Origin: the human T2T-CHM13v2.0 reference genome, Homo sapiens
Assembly: GCA_009914755.4 (NCBI GenBank)
Contig: CP086569.2
Coordinates: forward strand, 3,424,001 to 3,488,000
Length of the DNA: 64,000 nucleotides
Direction: 5' to 3'
The notes under the pieces are model-generated. The model saw only the letters and a program-made list of their open reading frames with translations, searched no databases and was not told where the DNA came from. Positions 14,560 through 26,639 of this stretch are shown in pieces (the first letter of the stretch is position 1; every line of letters starts with the position of its first letter). Position numbers and translations under genes: made by a program.

Positions 14560-15235
14560 ATGAAAAACCTACCTTTATGATTTTGTAATTTAAAGTATCT
14601 ACATATATATTAATTAATACCTTATGTAAGCCTTTTGGATTAAGGTATTCCCTCAGCATAATTCCCTAAAGATTCATTCAAGTTGTATATACAAACAGTT
14701 CATTTCTTTGTATTGCTGGGTAGTATTTCATGGTATGGATGCACCACAACTTATTTAATTATTTACCCATTGAATGAAATATGGATTCTTTTGCAGCTTT
14801 TGATTTTTATGAATAAAGATGCTTTAAATATTCCCATGTAGGTTTTTGTGTAAATATAAATTTTAATTTATTTGTGAAAAATTGCCAAGAGTGTAGTTGT
14901 TGGGTCATATGGAAGTTCCACATTTAGCTTTAAAGGTTACTGTAAAAATGTTTTCAAACAAACTGTGAGTAACATTATACATTCCTACCAGCAATGTATA
15001 AATGATCCAGTTTCTCTGCACCCTCACACACATTTGAGATGGTCATTGTATTTTATTTTCGGCATCCTAATAGGAGCATAGTGATAGCTCAATGTGGTTT
15101 TAATTTCCATTTCCCCGATGGCTAATGGTTTTGAACATGTTTACACATAATCAATGTGACATATGTATATTCTCTTGGGTGAAATGTATTTATGTCTTTT
15201 GCTCATTTGCTGATTGTTTTGTTTTTATTATTAAC
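14560..15235 (-). mobile_element. Old L1M, antisense: 3' portion, host of the twin-primed L1
   Basis: Reverse complement of the L1 ORF2 3'/3'UTR region (...gcatcctaataggagcatagtgatagctcaatgtggttttaatttccatttcc...gctcatttgctgattgttttgtttttattattaa). The same L1M resumes at 21499 (gttttgagagttctccatatattttagatac...). Confidence 0.65.
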
Positions 15236-18200
15236 TTTTTTTTTGTTATACTTTAAGTTCTGGGATACATGTGCAGAATGTGCAGGTTTGTTACATAGAT
15301 ATACACATGCCATGGTGGTTTGCTGCACCCATCAACTCATCATCTACATTAGATATTTCTCCTAATGCTATCCCTCCCCTAGTCCCCCACCCCTAGACAG
15401 GCCCTGGTGTGTGATGTTCCCCTCCCTGTGTCCATGTGTTCTCAATGCTCAACTCCCAATTATGAGTGAGAACATTCAGTGTTTGGTTTTCTGTTCCTAT
15501 GTTAGTTTGCTGAGACTGATGGTTTCCAGCTCCATCCACGTCCCTGCAAAGGACATAAACTCATCCTTTGTTATGGCTGCATAGTATTCCATGTCGTATA
15601 TGTGCCACATTTTCTTTATCCAGTATATCACTGATGGGCATTTGGGTTGGTTCTAAGTCTTTGCTATTGTGAACAGTGCTGCAATAAACATGTATGTGCA
15701 TGTGTCTTTAGAGTAGAATGATTTATGATCCTTTGGGTATATACCCAGTAATGGGATGGCTGGGTCAAATGGTATTTCTGGTTCTAGATCCTTGAGGAAT
15801 CGCCACACTGTCTTCCACAATGGTTGAACTAATTTAGACTCCCAACAACAGTATAAAAGATTTCCTATTTGTCCACATCCTCTCCAGCATCTGTTGTTTC
15901 CTGACTTTATAATGATTACCATTCTAACTGGCATGAGATGGTATCTCATTGTGGTTTTGATTTGCATTTCTCTAATGACCAGTAATGATGAGCTTTTTTT
16001 CATATGTTTGTTGGCTGCATAAATGTCTTCTTTTGAGAAGTATCTGTTCATATCCTTGGCCCACTTTTTGATGGGGTTGTTTGTTTTTCTCTTGTAAATT
16101 TGTTTAAGTTCTTTGTAGATTCTAGATATTAGCCCTTTGTCAGATGAATAGATTGCAAATATTTTCTCCCATTCTGTAGGTTGCCTGTTCATTCTGATGA
16201 TAGTTTCTTTTGCTGTACAGAAGCTCTTTAGTTTAATTATATCCCATTTGTCAATTTTGGCTTTTGTTGCCATTGCTTTTGGTGTTTTAGTGGTAAAGTC
16301 TATGCCCATGCCTATGCCTGTATGGTATAGCATAGGTGTTCTTCTAGGGTTTTTATGGTTTTTGGTCTGACATTTAAGTCTTTATTCCACCTTGAGTTAA
16401 TTTTTGTATAAGGTGTAAGCAAGGAGTCCAGTTTCAGTTTTCTGCATATGGCTAGCCAGTTTTCCCAACACCATTTATTAAATAGGGAATCCTTTCTCCA
16501 TTGCTTGTTTTTGTCTGGTTTGTCAAAGATCAGATTGTTGTATATGTGTGGGGTTATTTCTGAGGCCTCTGTTCTATTCCATTGGTCTATATATCTGTTT
16601 TGGTACCAGTAGCATGCTGTTTTGGTTACCATAGCTTTGTAGTATAGTTTGAAGTCAGGTAGCATGATGCCTCCAACTTTGTTCATTTTGCTTAGGATTG
16701 TCTTGGCTATACAGGCTCTTTTCTGGTTCCATATGAAATTTAAAGTAGTTTTTTTCTAATTCTGTGAAGAAAGTCAATGGTAGCTTGATGAGGATAGCAT
16801 TGAATCTATAAATTACCTTGGGCACTATGGGCATTTTCACAATATTTATTCTCCCTATGCATGAGCATGGAATGTTTTTCCATTTGTTTGTGTCCTCTCT
16901 CATTTCATTGAGCAGTGGTTTTTAGTTCTCCTTCAAGAGGTCCTTCACATCCCTTGTAAATTGTATTCCTAGGTATTTTATTTTCTTTGTAGCAATTGTG
17001 AGTGGAAGTTCATTCACGATTTGGCTCTCTGTTTGTCTATGAGTGGTATATAGGAATGTTTGTGATTTTTGCACATTGATTTTGTATCCTGAGACGTTGC
17101 TGAAGTTGCTTATCAGCTTAAGGAGAATTTGGGCTGAGACAATGGGGTTTTCTAAATACACAATCATGTCATCTGCAAACAGAGACAATTTGACTTCCTC
17201 TCTTCCCATGTGAATACCCTTTATTTCTTTCTCTTGCCTGATTGCTCTGGCCAGAACTTCCAATAATCTGTTGAATAGGAGTGGTGAGAGAGGGCATCCT
17301 TGTCTTGTGCCAGTTTTCAAAGGGAATGCTTTTAGCTTTTGCCCATTCAGTATGATATTGGCTTTGGTTTCATCATAAATAGCTCTTATTATTTTGAGAT
17401 ACATTCCATCAATACCTAGTTTATTGAGAGTTTTTAGCATGAAGGAGTGTTGAATTTTATCCAAGGCCTTTTCTGCATCTATTGAGATAATCGTGTGATT
17501 TTTGTCATTGCTTCTGTTTATGTGATGGATTATGTTTGTTGATTGGCATATGTTGAAACAGCCTTGCATCCCAGGGATGAAGCCAACTTGGTTGTGGTGG
17601 ATAAGCTTTTTGATGTGCTGCTGGATTCAGTCTGCCAGTATTTTATTGAGGATTTTCACATGGATATTCATTAGGGATATTGGCCTGAAATTTTTTTGTG
17701 TGTGTCTCTGCCAGGTTTTGGTATCAGGATGATGCTGGCCTCATAAAATTAGTTAGGGAGGATTCCCTCTTTTTCTATTGTTTTGAATAGTTGCAGAAGG
17801 AATGGTACCAGCTCCCTTTTGTAGCTTTGGTAGAATTCGGCTGTGAATCCATCCAGTCCTGGGCTTTTCTTGGCTGGTAGACTATTAATTACTGCCTCAT
17901 TTTCAGAACTTGTTATTGATCTATTGAGGGATTCAACTTCTTCCTGGCTTAGTCTTGGGAGGGTGTATGTGTCCAGGAATTTAGCCATTTCTTCGAGATT
18001 TTCTAATTTATTTGCAAGGAGGTTTTTATAGTATTCTCTGATGGTAGTTTGTATTCCTGTGGGATCAGTGGTGATATCCCCTTTATCATATTTTAATCAT
18101 CATTTTTGTCTATTTGATTCTTCTCTCTTTTCTTATTAATCTGGTTAGCAGTCTATCTATTTTGTTAATCTTTTCAAAAAACCACCTCCTGGATTCATTG

Positions 18201-18237
18201 ATTTTTTCGAAGGGTTTTTCATACCTCTATCTCCTTC
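15236..18237 (-). mobile_element. L1 3' segment (L1 positions about 3.1 kb to the 3' end plus polyA), antisense
   Basis: The reverse complement matches the L1 3' end (cctatgtaacaaacctgcac...cttaaagtataac) and the ORF2 RT and C-terminal domains. Minus-strand ORFs include [17 protein letters not shown] and [38 protein letters not shown]. Confidence 0.85.
15653..17988 (-). pseudogene. L1 ORF2 remnant (reverse transcriptase and C-terminal domain), interrupted by frameshifts and stops
   Basis: Minus-strand ORFs at 15653-16333, 16312-16686, 16655-16903, 16922-17569 and 17749-17988 are recognisable L1 ORF2p segments (e.g. [80 protein letters not shown]). Confidence 0.85.
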
Positions 18238-19162
18238 AGCATACCCCAGTGGCACCTGGAATGCCAGCAATACAGAACCATTCGCTACCCTGGAAAGGGG
18301 GCTGAAGCCAAGGACCCCAGTGGTCTAGCTCAGCGGATCCCACTCCCATGGAGCCCAGCAAGCTAAGATCCACTGGCTTGAAATTCTTGCTGCCAGCACA
18401 GCAGTCTGAAGTCGACCTGGGACACTTGAGCTTGGTGGGTGGAGGGGCATTCATCATTACTGAGGCTTGAGTAGTCAGTTTTCCCTTCACAGTGTAAACC
18501 AAGCTGCCAGGAAGTTTGAATTGGGCAGAGCCCACCACAGCTCGCAAAGCCTCTGTAGCCAGACTGCCTCTCTAGATTCCTCCTCTCTGGGCAGGGCATC
18601 TCTGAAAGAAAGGCAGGATCCCAGTCAGGGGCTTATAGATAAAACTTCCATCTCCATGAGAGAGAGCACCTGGGGGAGGCACGGCTGTGGGTGCAGCTTC
18701 AGCAGACTTAAATCTTCCTGCCTGCTGGCTCTTTAGAGAGCAGCAGGTCTCCCAGCACCGTGCTCGATCTCTGCTAAGGGATAGACTGCCTCCTCAAGTG
18801 GGTCCCTGACCCCCATGCCTCCTAACTGGGAGACACCTCCCAGCAGGGTTCTACAGACATCTCATACAGGAGAGCTCCAGCTAGCATCTAGTGGGTACCT
18901 CTCTGGGATGAAGCTTCCAGGGGAAGGAACAGGAAGCAATCTTTGCTGTTCTGCAGCCTCCCCTGGTGATACCCAGGAAAATAGCGTCTGGAGTGGACCT
19001 CCAAAAAACTGCAGCAGACCTGCAGCAGAGAGGCCTGACTGTTAGAAGGAAAACTAACAAACAGAAAGGAATAGCATCAACATCAACAAAAGAGACGTCC
19101 ACACAGAAACCCCATCCGAAGGTCACCAACATCAAAGACCAAAGGTAGATATATCCAGGAAG

Positions 19163-20187
19163 ATGAGGAAAAACCAGTGCAAAGAGGCTGAAAATTCTCC
19201 AGACCAGAACACCTCTTCTCTTCCAAAGGATCACAGCTCCTTGTTAGCAAGGGAACAAAACTGGATGGAGAATGAGTTTGATGAATTGACAGAAGTAGGC
19301 TTCAGAAGGTGGGTAATAACAAACTCCTCTGAGCTAAAGAGCATGTTCTAACCCAATGCAAGGAAGCTAAGAACCTTGAGAAAAGTTAGAGGAATTGCTA
19401 ACTAGAATAACCAGTTTAGAGAAGAACATAAATGACCTGATGGAGCTGAAAAAAACAGCATGAGAACTTTGTGAAGCATACACAAATATCAATAGCTGAA
19501 TCAATCAAGCAGAAGAAAGGATATCACAGATAGAAGATCAACTTAATGAAATAAAGCATGAAGACAAGATTAGAGAAAAAAGAATGAAAGGGAACAAACA
19601 AAGCCTCCAAGAAATATGGGACTATGTAAAAAGACCAAACCTACATTTGATTGGTGTACCAGAAAGTGATGGGGAGAATGGAACCAAGTTGAAAACACTC
19701 TTCAGGATATTATCCAGGAGAACTTCCCCAACCTAGCAAGACAAGCCAACATTCAAATTCAGGAAATACAGAGAACACCACAAAGATACTCCTCGAGAAG
19801 AACAACCCCAAGACACATAAGAGTCAGATTCACCAAGGTTGAAATGAAGGAAAAAAATGTTAGGGGCAGCCAGAGGGAAAGGCCAGGTTACCCACAAAGG
19901 GAAGCCCATCAGATTAACAGTGGAGCTCTCTACAGAAACCCTACTAGCCAGAAGAGAGTGGGGGCCAATATACAACATTCTTAAAGAAAAGAATTTTCAA
20001 CCCAGAATTTCATGTCCAGCCAAAGTAAGTTTCATAAGTGATAGAGAAATAAAATCCTTTATAGACAAGCAAATGCTGAGAGATTTTTGTCACCACTAGG
20101 CCTACTTTACAGGAGCTCCTGAAGGAAGCACTAAATATGGAAAGGAAAAACCAATACCAGCCACTGCAAAAACATACCAAATTGTAA
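19163..20187 (+). pseudogene. L1 ORF1 remnant, disrupted
   Basis: atgaggaaaaaccagtgcaaagaggctgaaaattctccagaccagaac... aligns to the L1 ORF1 start. The conserved C-terminal region (RFTKVEMKEK...PIRLTVELSTETLLARREWGPIYNILKEKNFQPRISCPAKVSFISDREIKSFIDKQMLRDF) is present, with stops and frameshifts. The stop is at about 20185. Confidence 0.8.
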
Positions 20188-20250
20188 AGGCCATTGACAC
20201 TGTGAAGAAACTGCATCAACTAACGGACAAAATAACCAGCTAGCATCATA

Positions 20251-20992
20251 ATGATAGGATCAAATTCATACTTAACAGTATTATCCTTAAATGTAAACAG
20301 GCTAAATGCCCCAATTAAAAGACACAGACTGGCAAACTGGAGAAAGGGTCAAGACCATTCAGTGTGCTGTGTTCAGGAGACCCATCTCACGTGCAAAGAC
20401 ACACATAGGCTCAAAATAAAGGGATGGAGGAATATTTACCAAGCAAATGGAAAGAAAAAAAAATACAGGGTTTGCGATCCTAGTCTCTGATAAAACAGAC
20501 TTTAAAACAGCAAAGATCAAAAAAAGACAAAGAAAGCCCTCACATAATGATAAAGGGATCAATGCAACAAGAAGGGCTAACTATCCTAAATATATATGAT
20601 ATGTATGCACCCAATGCAGGAACACCCAGATTCATAAAGCAAGTTCTTAGAGACCTACAAAGAGACTTAGACTCCCACACAATAATAGTGGGAGACTTTA
20701 ACACCCCACTGTCAATATTAGACAGATCAACAAGACAGAAAATTAACAAGGATATTCAGGACTTGAACTCAGCTCTGGACCAAGTGGACCTAATAGTCAT
20801 CTACATACCACTCCACCCCAAATAAACAGAATATACATTCTTCTCAGCACCACACTGCACTTATTCTAAAATTGACCACATAATTGGAAGTAAAACACTC
20901 CTCAGCAAATGCAAAATAATGGAAATCATAACAAACAGTCTCTCAGACCATAGTGTAGTCAAATTAGAACTCAGGATTAAGAAACTCACTCA
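20251..20992 (+). pseudogene. L1 ORF2 N-terminal (endonuclease) remnant
   Basis: ORF 20251-20490 (MIGSNSYLTVLSLNVNRLNAPIKRHRLANW...) and ORF 20547-20825 (ILNIYDMYAPNAGTPRFIKQVLRDLQRDLDSHTIIVGDFNTPLSILDRSTRQKINKDIQDLNSALDQVDLI) are L1 EN-domain sequence. Confidence 0.85.
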
Positions 20993-21475
<483 letters not shown>

Positions 21476-21498
21476 CTAAAATTGCCACCCTAACATTA

Positions 21499-24282
21499 CT
21501 ATTATTAAGTTTTGAGAGTTCTCCATATATTTTAGATACAAGTTCCTTGTCAGATATATGTTGTACAAATATTTTCTTCCAGTCTATCAGCTTTTTTAAT
21601 TCTGTTGTTCAATTGTCAGGATCTTTTTCAGAAGTTCAATTTATTTCATTTTTCTTTGTGCTTTATTAATTTGTTTTAATAGAATTCAGAACACACTACC
21701 CCAAAATATGGCACCTTTGGCATTTGAGAAAACAGCAGAAGCAAGAAGACCACTCTTACCTTCTCTTAACCCTTTCCTCTGAATTAGGTCATAAAACCTA
21801 GGAAAGTAACTCTGACCTTCTGCCACCCATCTTCCCTGAAGCAGATCATAAGAACCTCATTAGAAAACTGTCCTCCCTGTATGTGGAGGAAAGGAACATC
21901 TTTATCTCTAAAGATCCTGAGAAGAATAACAAAGAAGCCTTGTTAAATACCCCCACCCAAGTTTGTTACTAGTAGATCACATCCTTTTTCACTCCAATCG
22001 TATTTTTCTAGAACTGTCCACTCTTCATGAAACCTAAGCAGAAAAATACAAAAATTTACCTGTTTCACTGAATCATCATTATGTTTTCTCTGATTAACCT
22101 GTCTTTTGCTATAGAGGCCTCAGCCATGAACCAATCAATAAGCAAAATAAAGATATCTTTCCTTCCCTATCGGTGTTATGGCTAAGAACTCTGAGTAACC
22201 ATGAGTTTCAAAGCTTTCTACTTGTGATTTTTTGAAAAAAATTATAGCTTTACATTTAGGTTTATGATTCATTTTGAGATAATCTTTGTACAGTATGTGA
22301 GGCTCAAGTCAATGATCGTTTATTTTCTTTGCATATGAATGTCTTTCAACATTATTGTTGAAAAGACCATCTTTGCTCCACTGAAAAACTTTTTATGCCT
22401 TTCTCAGATATCAGTTGACACAGTTGGTGAGTCTGTTATTAGATTCACTATTTTATTGCCTTTATCTAAGTGTCTATGACTCCACTGATATCACATTGTC
22501 TGGATTATTGTCACTATGTTTGTATCTTAATAATAGGTAGAGTGATTGCTTCCACTTTCTTCTACATTTAAAAATAATTATTCCATTTATTTTGTTGCTT
22601 GATTTTTTCACTTAAATTTTAAAATCAGCTTGTCTATAATTGTCTATTTATATACAAAACATCTTGCCTGACTTTTATTCACAATTGTGTTAAATCTATT
22701 GATTTATTTGTGGAGAATTAACACCTTTACTATGTTAAGTCATCCAATCTATGAACGTGGTATGTCTTTCCATTTGTTTAGCATTTCCTTTATTTATTGT
22801 ATTAGCATTTTTCAATGTTCATTATGCAGATACTGTAGACATTTTATTAGATTTATACCTAAGGATTTAATTTCAGGGGAATAATTACAACTGTCACATT
22901 TTTAACTCCACTTTCCATGTTTTCAATTGATAGTATTTAAAAATATGACTGATTTTGTCTTGTGTCCTTCAATATTTTTGGACACACTTATTAATGTTAG
23001 TAGGACATATGTTTAAAGAACTCTTTAGAATATTCTAAATAAATAGCCACATAATCTTTAAATAGGAATACTTTTATTTCTTCCTATATAATCTTCATGA
23101 TTTTTCTTTTCTTTTCTTGCCTTATTGTTCAGGCTAAACCTTCAGTACTGTTTCATATGAGTGGCAATAGCAGACATCCTTGCTTGCTTTTAGTGTAAGA
23201 AAAGATAGTTTTTCACCATTAAATATGCTGCTAACTGCAGGTTTTTTTTAGCCTGTTGATATCATTTATTATACTGATTGATTACTGAATTTTAAACCGA
23301 CCTTGCAATTCTCAATCTCCACTTTATTGTGATGTATATTTTCTTTTTCTATAACGCTGGATCCTACATGCTCATCTTATGTTGAAGATTTTTTTTGTCA
23401 AAGTTTATGAGAGATATAGGTATGTAGGTTTGTCTCTTTAAAAATATGTCTGATTTTTCTATCAGGGCATACTGGCCTCATAAAATGAGTTAGAAATGTT
23501 TCCTTATTTTTTAATGTCCTGGAACAGATCAGGCAGAATTCATGTTAGTTCTTATTTAAATTTTAGTAGAATTTTCCAGTAAATTCTTCTAGGACTCAGA
23601 ATATATGCATGTTAGATCATTTGCTACTGTCATATAGATCCCCGAGGCTCTATTTTCCCCCCAGTCTAGTTCCTCTCTGTTATTTAGATAAGGTAAATTA
23701 TATTGATTATGTCAATTATATTGTCTGAAAATTCACTGATTTTTTTTTTTGGGACAGAATATTTTTTTTTCTCAGCCTGTTGAGTAAGACTCTGTCTTAC
23801 TTTGTTGCCCAAGCTGGAGTGCAGTGGTACAATCACCACTTACAGTAGCCTCGACTTCCCAGGTTCAAGTAATTCTATCTCAGCCTTTTAGGTAGCTGGG
23901 ACTATAGGTGCATGTCACAATGCCTGGCTAATTTTTTGCATTGTTTGTGGAGATAGGGTTTTGCCATCTTGCCCAGGCTGGTCTCAAACCCTGGGCTCAA
24001 ATAATCCACCTGCCTTGGCCTCCCAAAGTATTGGGATTACAGGTGTGAGACAACATACCCCGTCCAAATTTATTGATTCTATCTTCTGTTATCTCCACTC
24101 TACTATTGAGCCAATCCAGTAAGTTGTTGCTTTTGATATTATTGCATTTTTTTCTTCTATATTTTCCACTTGATTATTTTTATAATTATAACTTCATTTC
24201 TTTTTTGAATTGTTAAAATATTTTCATTTGCTTTAAGTGAATTTGATATTGCTTGTTGAAGCATGTTTTGATGGTTGCATTA
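21499..24282 (-). mobile_element. Old L1M, antisense: continuation of the host element (ORF2 region), interrupted by an Alu
   Basis: Reverse complement of L1 ORF2 motifs (e.g. ...tctgatttttctatcagggcatactggcctcataaaatgagttagaaatgtttcc..., ...catttgtttagcatttcctttatttattgtattagc...). Confidence 0.6.
23745..24062 (-). mobile_element. Alu SINE, antisense
   Basis: Poly-T then ...gtaagactctgtcttactttgttgcccaagctggagtgcagtgg...gcctcccaaagtattgggattacaggtgtgagacaacataccccgtcc. Confidence 0.85.
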
Positions 24283-25135
24283 AAATCCTTTTCAGATAAT
24301 TTCACCATCTGAGTCATAACAAGCTTGATATGTGTTTTAGTCAGGGTTTTCCAGAGAGACACAGCCCACTGAACATATATACAGTTGTCCATCACTATCT
24401 GCAGGGCATTGGTTCTAAAATCCAAAGATACCCACGTCCCTTATATTAAATAGCATAGAACAGTAAGCACTCTGTGTCTGTAGGTGTAGAACCTAAGGAT
24501 ATGTAGGTCCTATTGTCAAGAGATGTACATGAGAAGGAATTTATTAGAGGAATTGGCTCACTTGTTTATGAAGGCTGAGAATTCCCACAATAAGCCATCT
24601 GCAAGCTGGAGAACCAAAGAATCTTTAGTGTGGTTCAGTTCAAGTCCAAAGACCTTAGAACCAAGGAAGCTGATGTTGCAGCTCTCCGAGGCTGATAGTT
24701 TGGGAGGTGGCTGGTACAAATCCCAGAGTCCAAAAGCTGGAGAACCTGAAGTTCTGATATCCAAGAGCATGAGAAGAAAAACACCCAAGCTCAGGAAGAA
24801 AGTTCCAATTTACCTCTTTGTTACTTCTGGGACTCAGCTGATTGGATGATGCCCACCCACATTGTGGGCAATTCTTCCCACTCAGTCCACCCAATCAATG
24901 TCCAATCTCCAGCAGAAATACTCTCATGAACCCAACTGGGACAGCACAACCACTCTAACTAAATGCCAAACCACCTGGATTCTCTTTCAACAGAAATGGG
25001 ATGGGCTCAATGCCTACTGAAGCATTGAGAATAAGTGATGTTTTGTTAGCTAGTGAATATCCCTTAATCCAGCCAAGTTGACACCCAAAATAAATCATCA
25101 CAAGTTCATCCCTTGTCAACTTGGCACCATATGCC
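24283..25135 (+). mobile_element. LTR-like interspersed repeat, family unresolved
   Basis: gtcagggttttccagagagacacagcc...gaatttattagaggaattggctcacttgtttatgaaggctgagaattcccacaataagccatctgcaagctggagaaccaaag...ggtggctggtacaaatcccagagtccaaaagctgg...gattggatgatgcccacccacattgtgggcaattcttcccactcagtccacccaatcaatgtccaatctccagcagaaatactctcat...agccaagttgacacccaaaataaatcatcaca. I recognise this as a recurrent human repeat consensus with TG...CA ends but cannot name the family with certainty. Confidence 0.45.
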
Positions 25136-25540
25136 TCTCCTTAAACCATACTTAATCTTGAAATAAAGGCAATAGCAAGGTGGTAGTTTCACCTAGCATG
25201 ATGAAAATATATTGAATACAACAAAAATGCATTAATATATTCCCCAGAAGAGGAGATAAAGTCCTTGAGTGATGATTATTCTTCTCCAGATATTCTGTAA
25301 CTTAAATACCATGACATAAAATTAGAAATATTTAAATATTGATAGAACTCTACATGTATCTATCAAGGATATTTTCTTAATATATGTATATATACAAACA
25401 TACATATTCCTAACAAAATAGGAAGAAAATACAGCCCTTGTTTCTATAAGTGGTCATATGGTCATTGCTGATATTTATAACTACCTTCTAATATCCATTA
25501 TGTATTCTGTTTGTTTTCAGCAAACACCTTAGCTAATCAT

Positions 25541-25643
25541 GATTCTTTACCTTCTGGTGAACTGATCCAAACCTTTACTTATTTTCTTCCTTTTTTCCTC
25601 TCTCCTTCCCTCCCTCCCTCTTTCTTCCTTTCTTTCTTCCTTC

Positions 25644-25690
<47 letters not shown>

Positions 25691-26240
25691 TCCTTCCTTC
25701 CTTCCTTCCTTCCTTCCTTCCTTCCTTCTTTCCTTCTTTCCTTCATTTCTTCTTTCTTTCTCTTTACCTTCTGGGAAACTGATCCAAACCTTTACTTACT
25801 TTCTATTTTTCTCTATTTTTCTTTCTCTATTTTTTTCTCTCCTTCCTTCCTTCCTTCCTTCCTTCCTTCCTTCCTTCCTTCCTTCCTTCTCTTTACCTTC
25901 TGGCGAAGTAACCCAAACGTTTACTTTCTTTCTCTTTTTCTCTTTTTTTCTTTATTTTTCTTTCTCTGTTCTTTTTCTCTCCTTCCTTCCTTCCTTCCTT
26001 CCTTCCTTCCTTCCTTCCTTCCTTCCTTCCTTCTTTCCCTCCTTCTTTCTCTTTACCTTCTGGTGAACTGACTCGAACCTTTACTTACTTTCTTTCTATT
26101 TTTCTCTATTTTTTCTCTTTCTTCCTGTCCTTTCCTTTCTTTTCCTTTCCTTTCCTTTCCTTTCCTTTCCTTTCCTTTCCTTTCCTTTCCTCTCTTTCTC
26201 TTTCTCTCTTTCTCTTCCTTCCCTTCCCTTCCCTTTCCTC

Positions 26241-26304
<64 letters not shown>

Positions 26305-26332
26305 TTTCTTTCTTTCTTTTTCTTTCTTTCTA
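25541..26332. repeat. Complex pyrimidine-rich tandem array: four copies of a ~45-bp unique motif interleaved with (TTCC)n/(TTTC)n/(CTTT)n tracts
   Basis: The motif ctttaccttctggtgaactgatccaaacctttacttac(t)ttct recurs at about 25541, 25762, 25891 and 26050, each followed by long (ttcc)n/(tttc)n runs. The array ends as the (TTTC)n-expanded tail of the adjacent antisense Alu. The supplied ORFs at 25511-26071 and 26053-26379 are low-complexity artefacts. Confidence 0.9.
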
Positions 26333-26618
26333 CAGGGTCTCACTCTGTCACCCAAGCTAGAGTGCAGTGCTGAGATCATAGCTCACTGCAGCATTAAACT
26401 CTGGGCTCAAGCAGTCCTACTGCCTCAGTCTCTTGAGTAGCTGGGACTACAGACACGCAGAACCATGCCTGGTTAATTTTTTTTTTTCATTTTTATTTTT
26501 GTAGAAATGGGGTATTGCTAGGTTACCCAGGCTAGTCTGAAATTCCTGACCTCAAACGATCTTTGTGCCTTGGCTTTCCAATGTGCTGGGATTACAGACA
26601 TGAGCCACCAAGCTCAGC
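26333..26618 (-). mobile_element. Alu SINE, antisense, with (TTTC)n-expanded tail
   Basis: tacagggtctcactctgtcacccaagctagagtgcagtgctgagatcatagctcactgcagc...gagtagctgggactacagacacgcagaaccatgcctggttaattttttt...gtgctgggattacagacatgagccaccaagctcagc. Confidence 0.9.
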
Positions 26619-26639
26619 TCAAACCTTTATTTCTGAAGG

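Noticed and set aside
18236-18736. ORFs spanning the L1 inversion junction (103 aa and 78 aa on the minus strand, 89 aa on the plus strand)
   Set aside because: They cross the breakpoint between the antisense ORF2 sequence and the sense 5'UTR. They have no homology to L1 proteins and are chance frames.
25541-26332. CRISPR-like repeat/spacer architecture (conserved 45-bp unit separated by variable segments)
   Set aside because: The 'spacers' are simple (TTCC)n/(TTTC)n tracts of variable length, not unique sequences. The unit has no palindromic structure. The array is continuous with an Alu poly-A tail. The context is eukaryotic.
25511-26379. Long ORFs of 186 aa (+) and 108 aa (-), rich in F/L/S or K/E/R
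   Set aside because: They are translations of (TTCC)n/(TTTC)n microsatellite and its complement. They are pure low-complexity artefacts with no start context. The same applies to 12547-13123.
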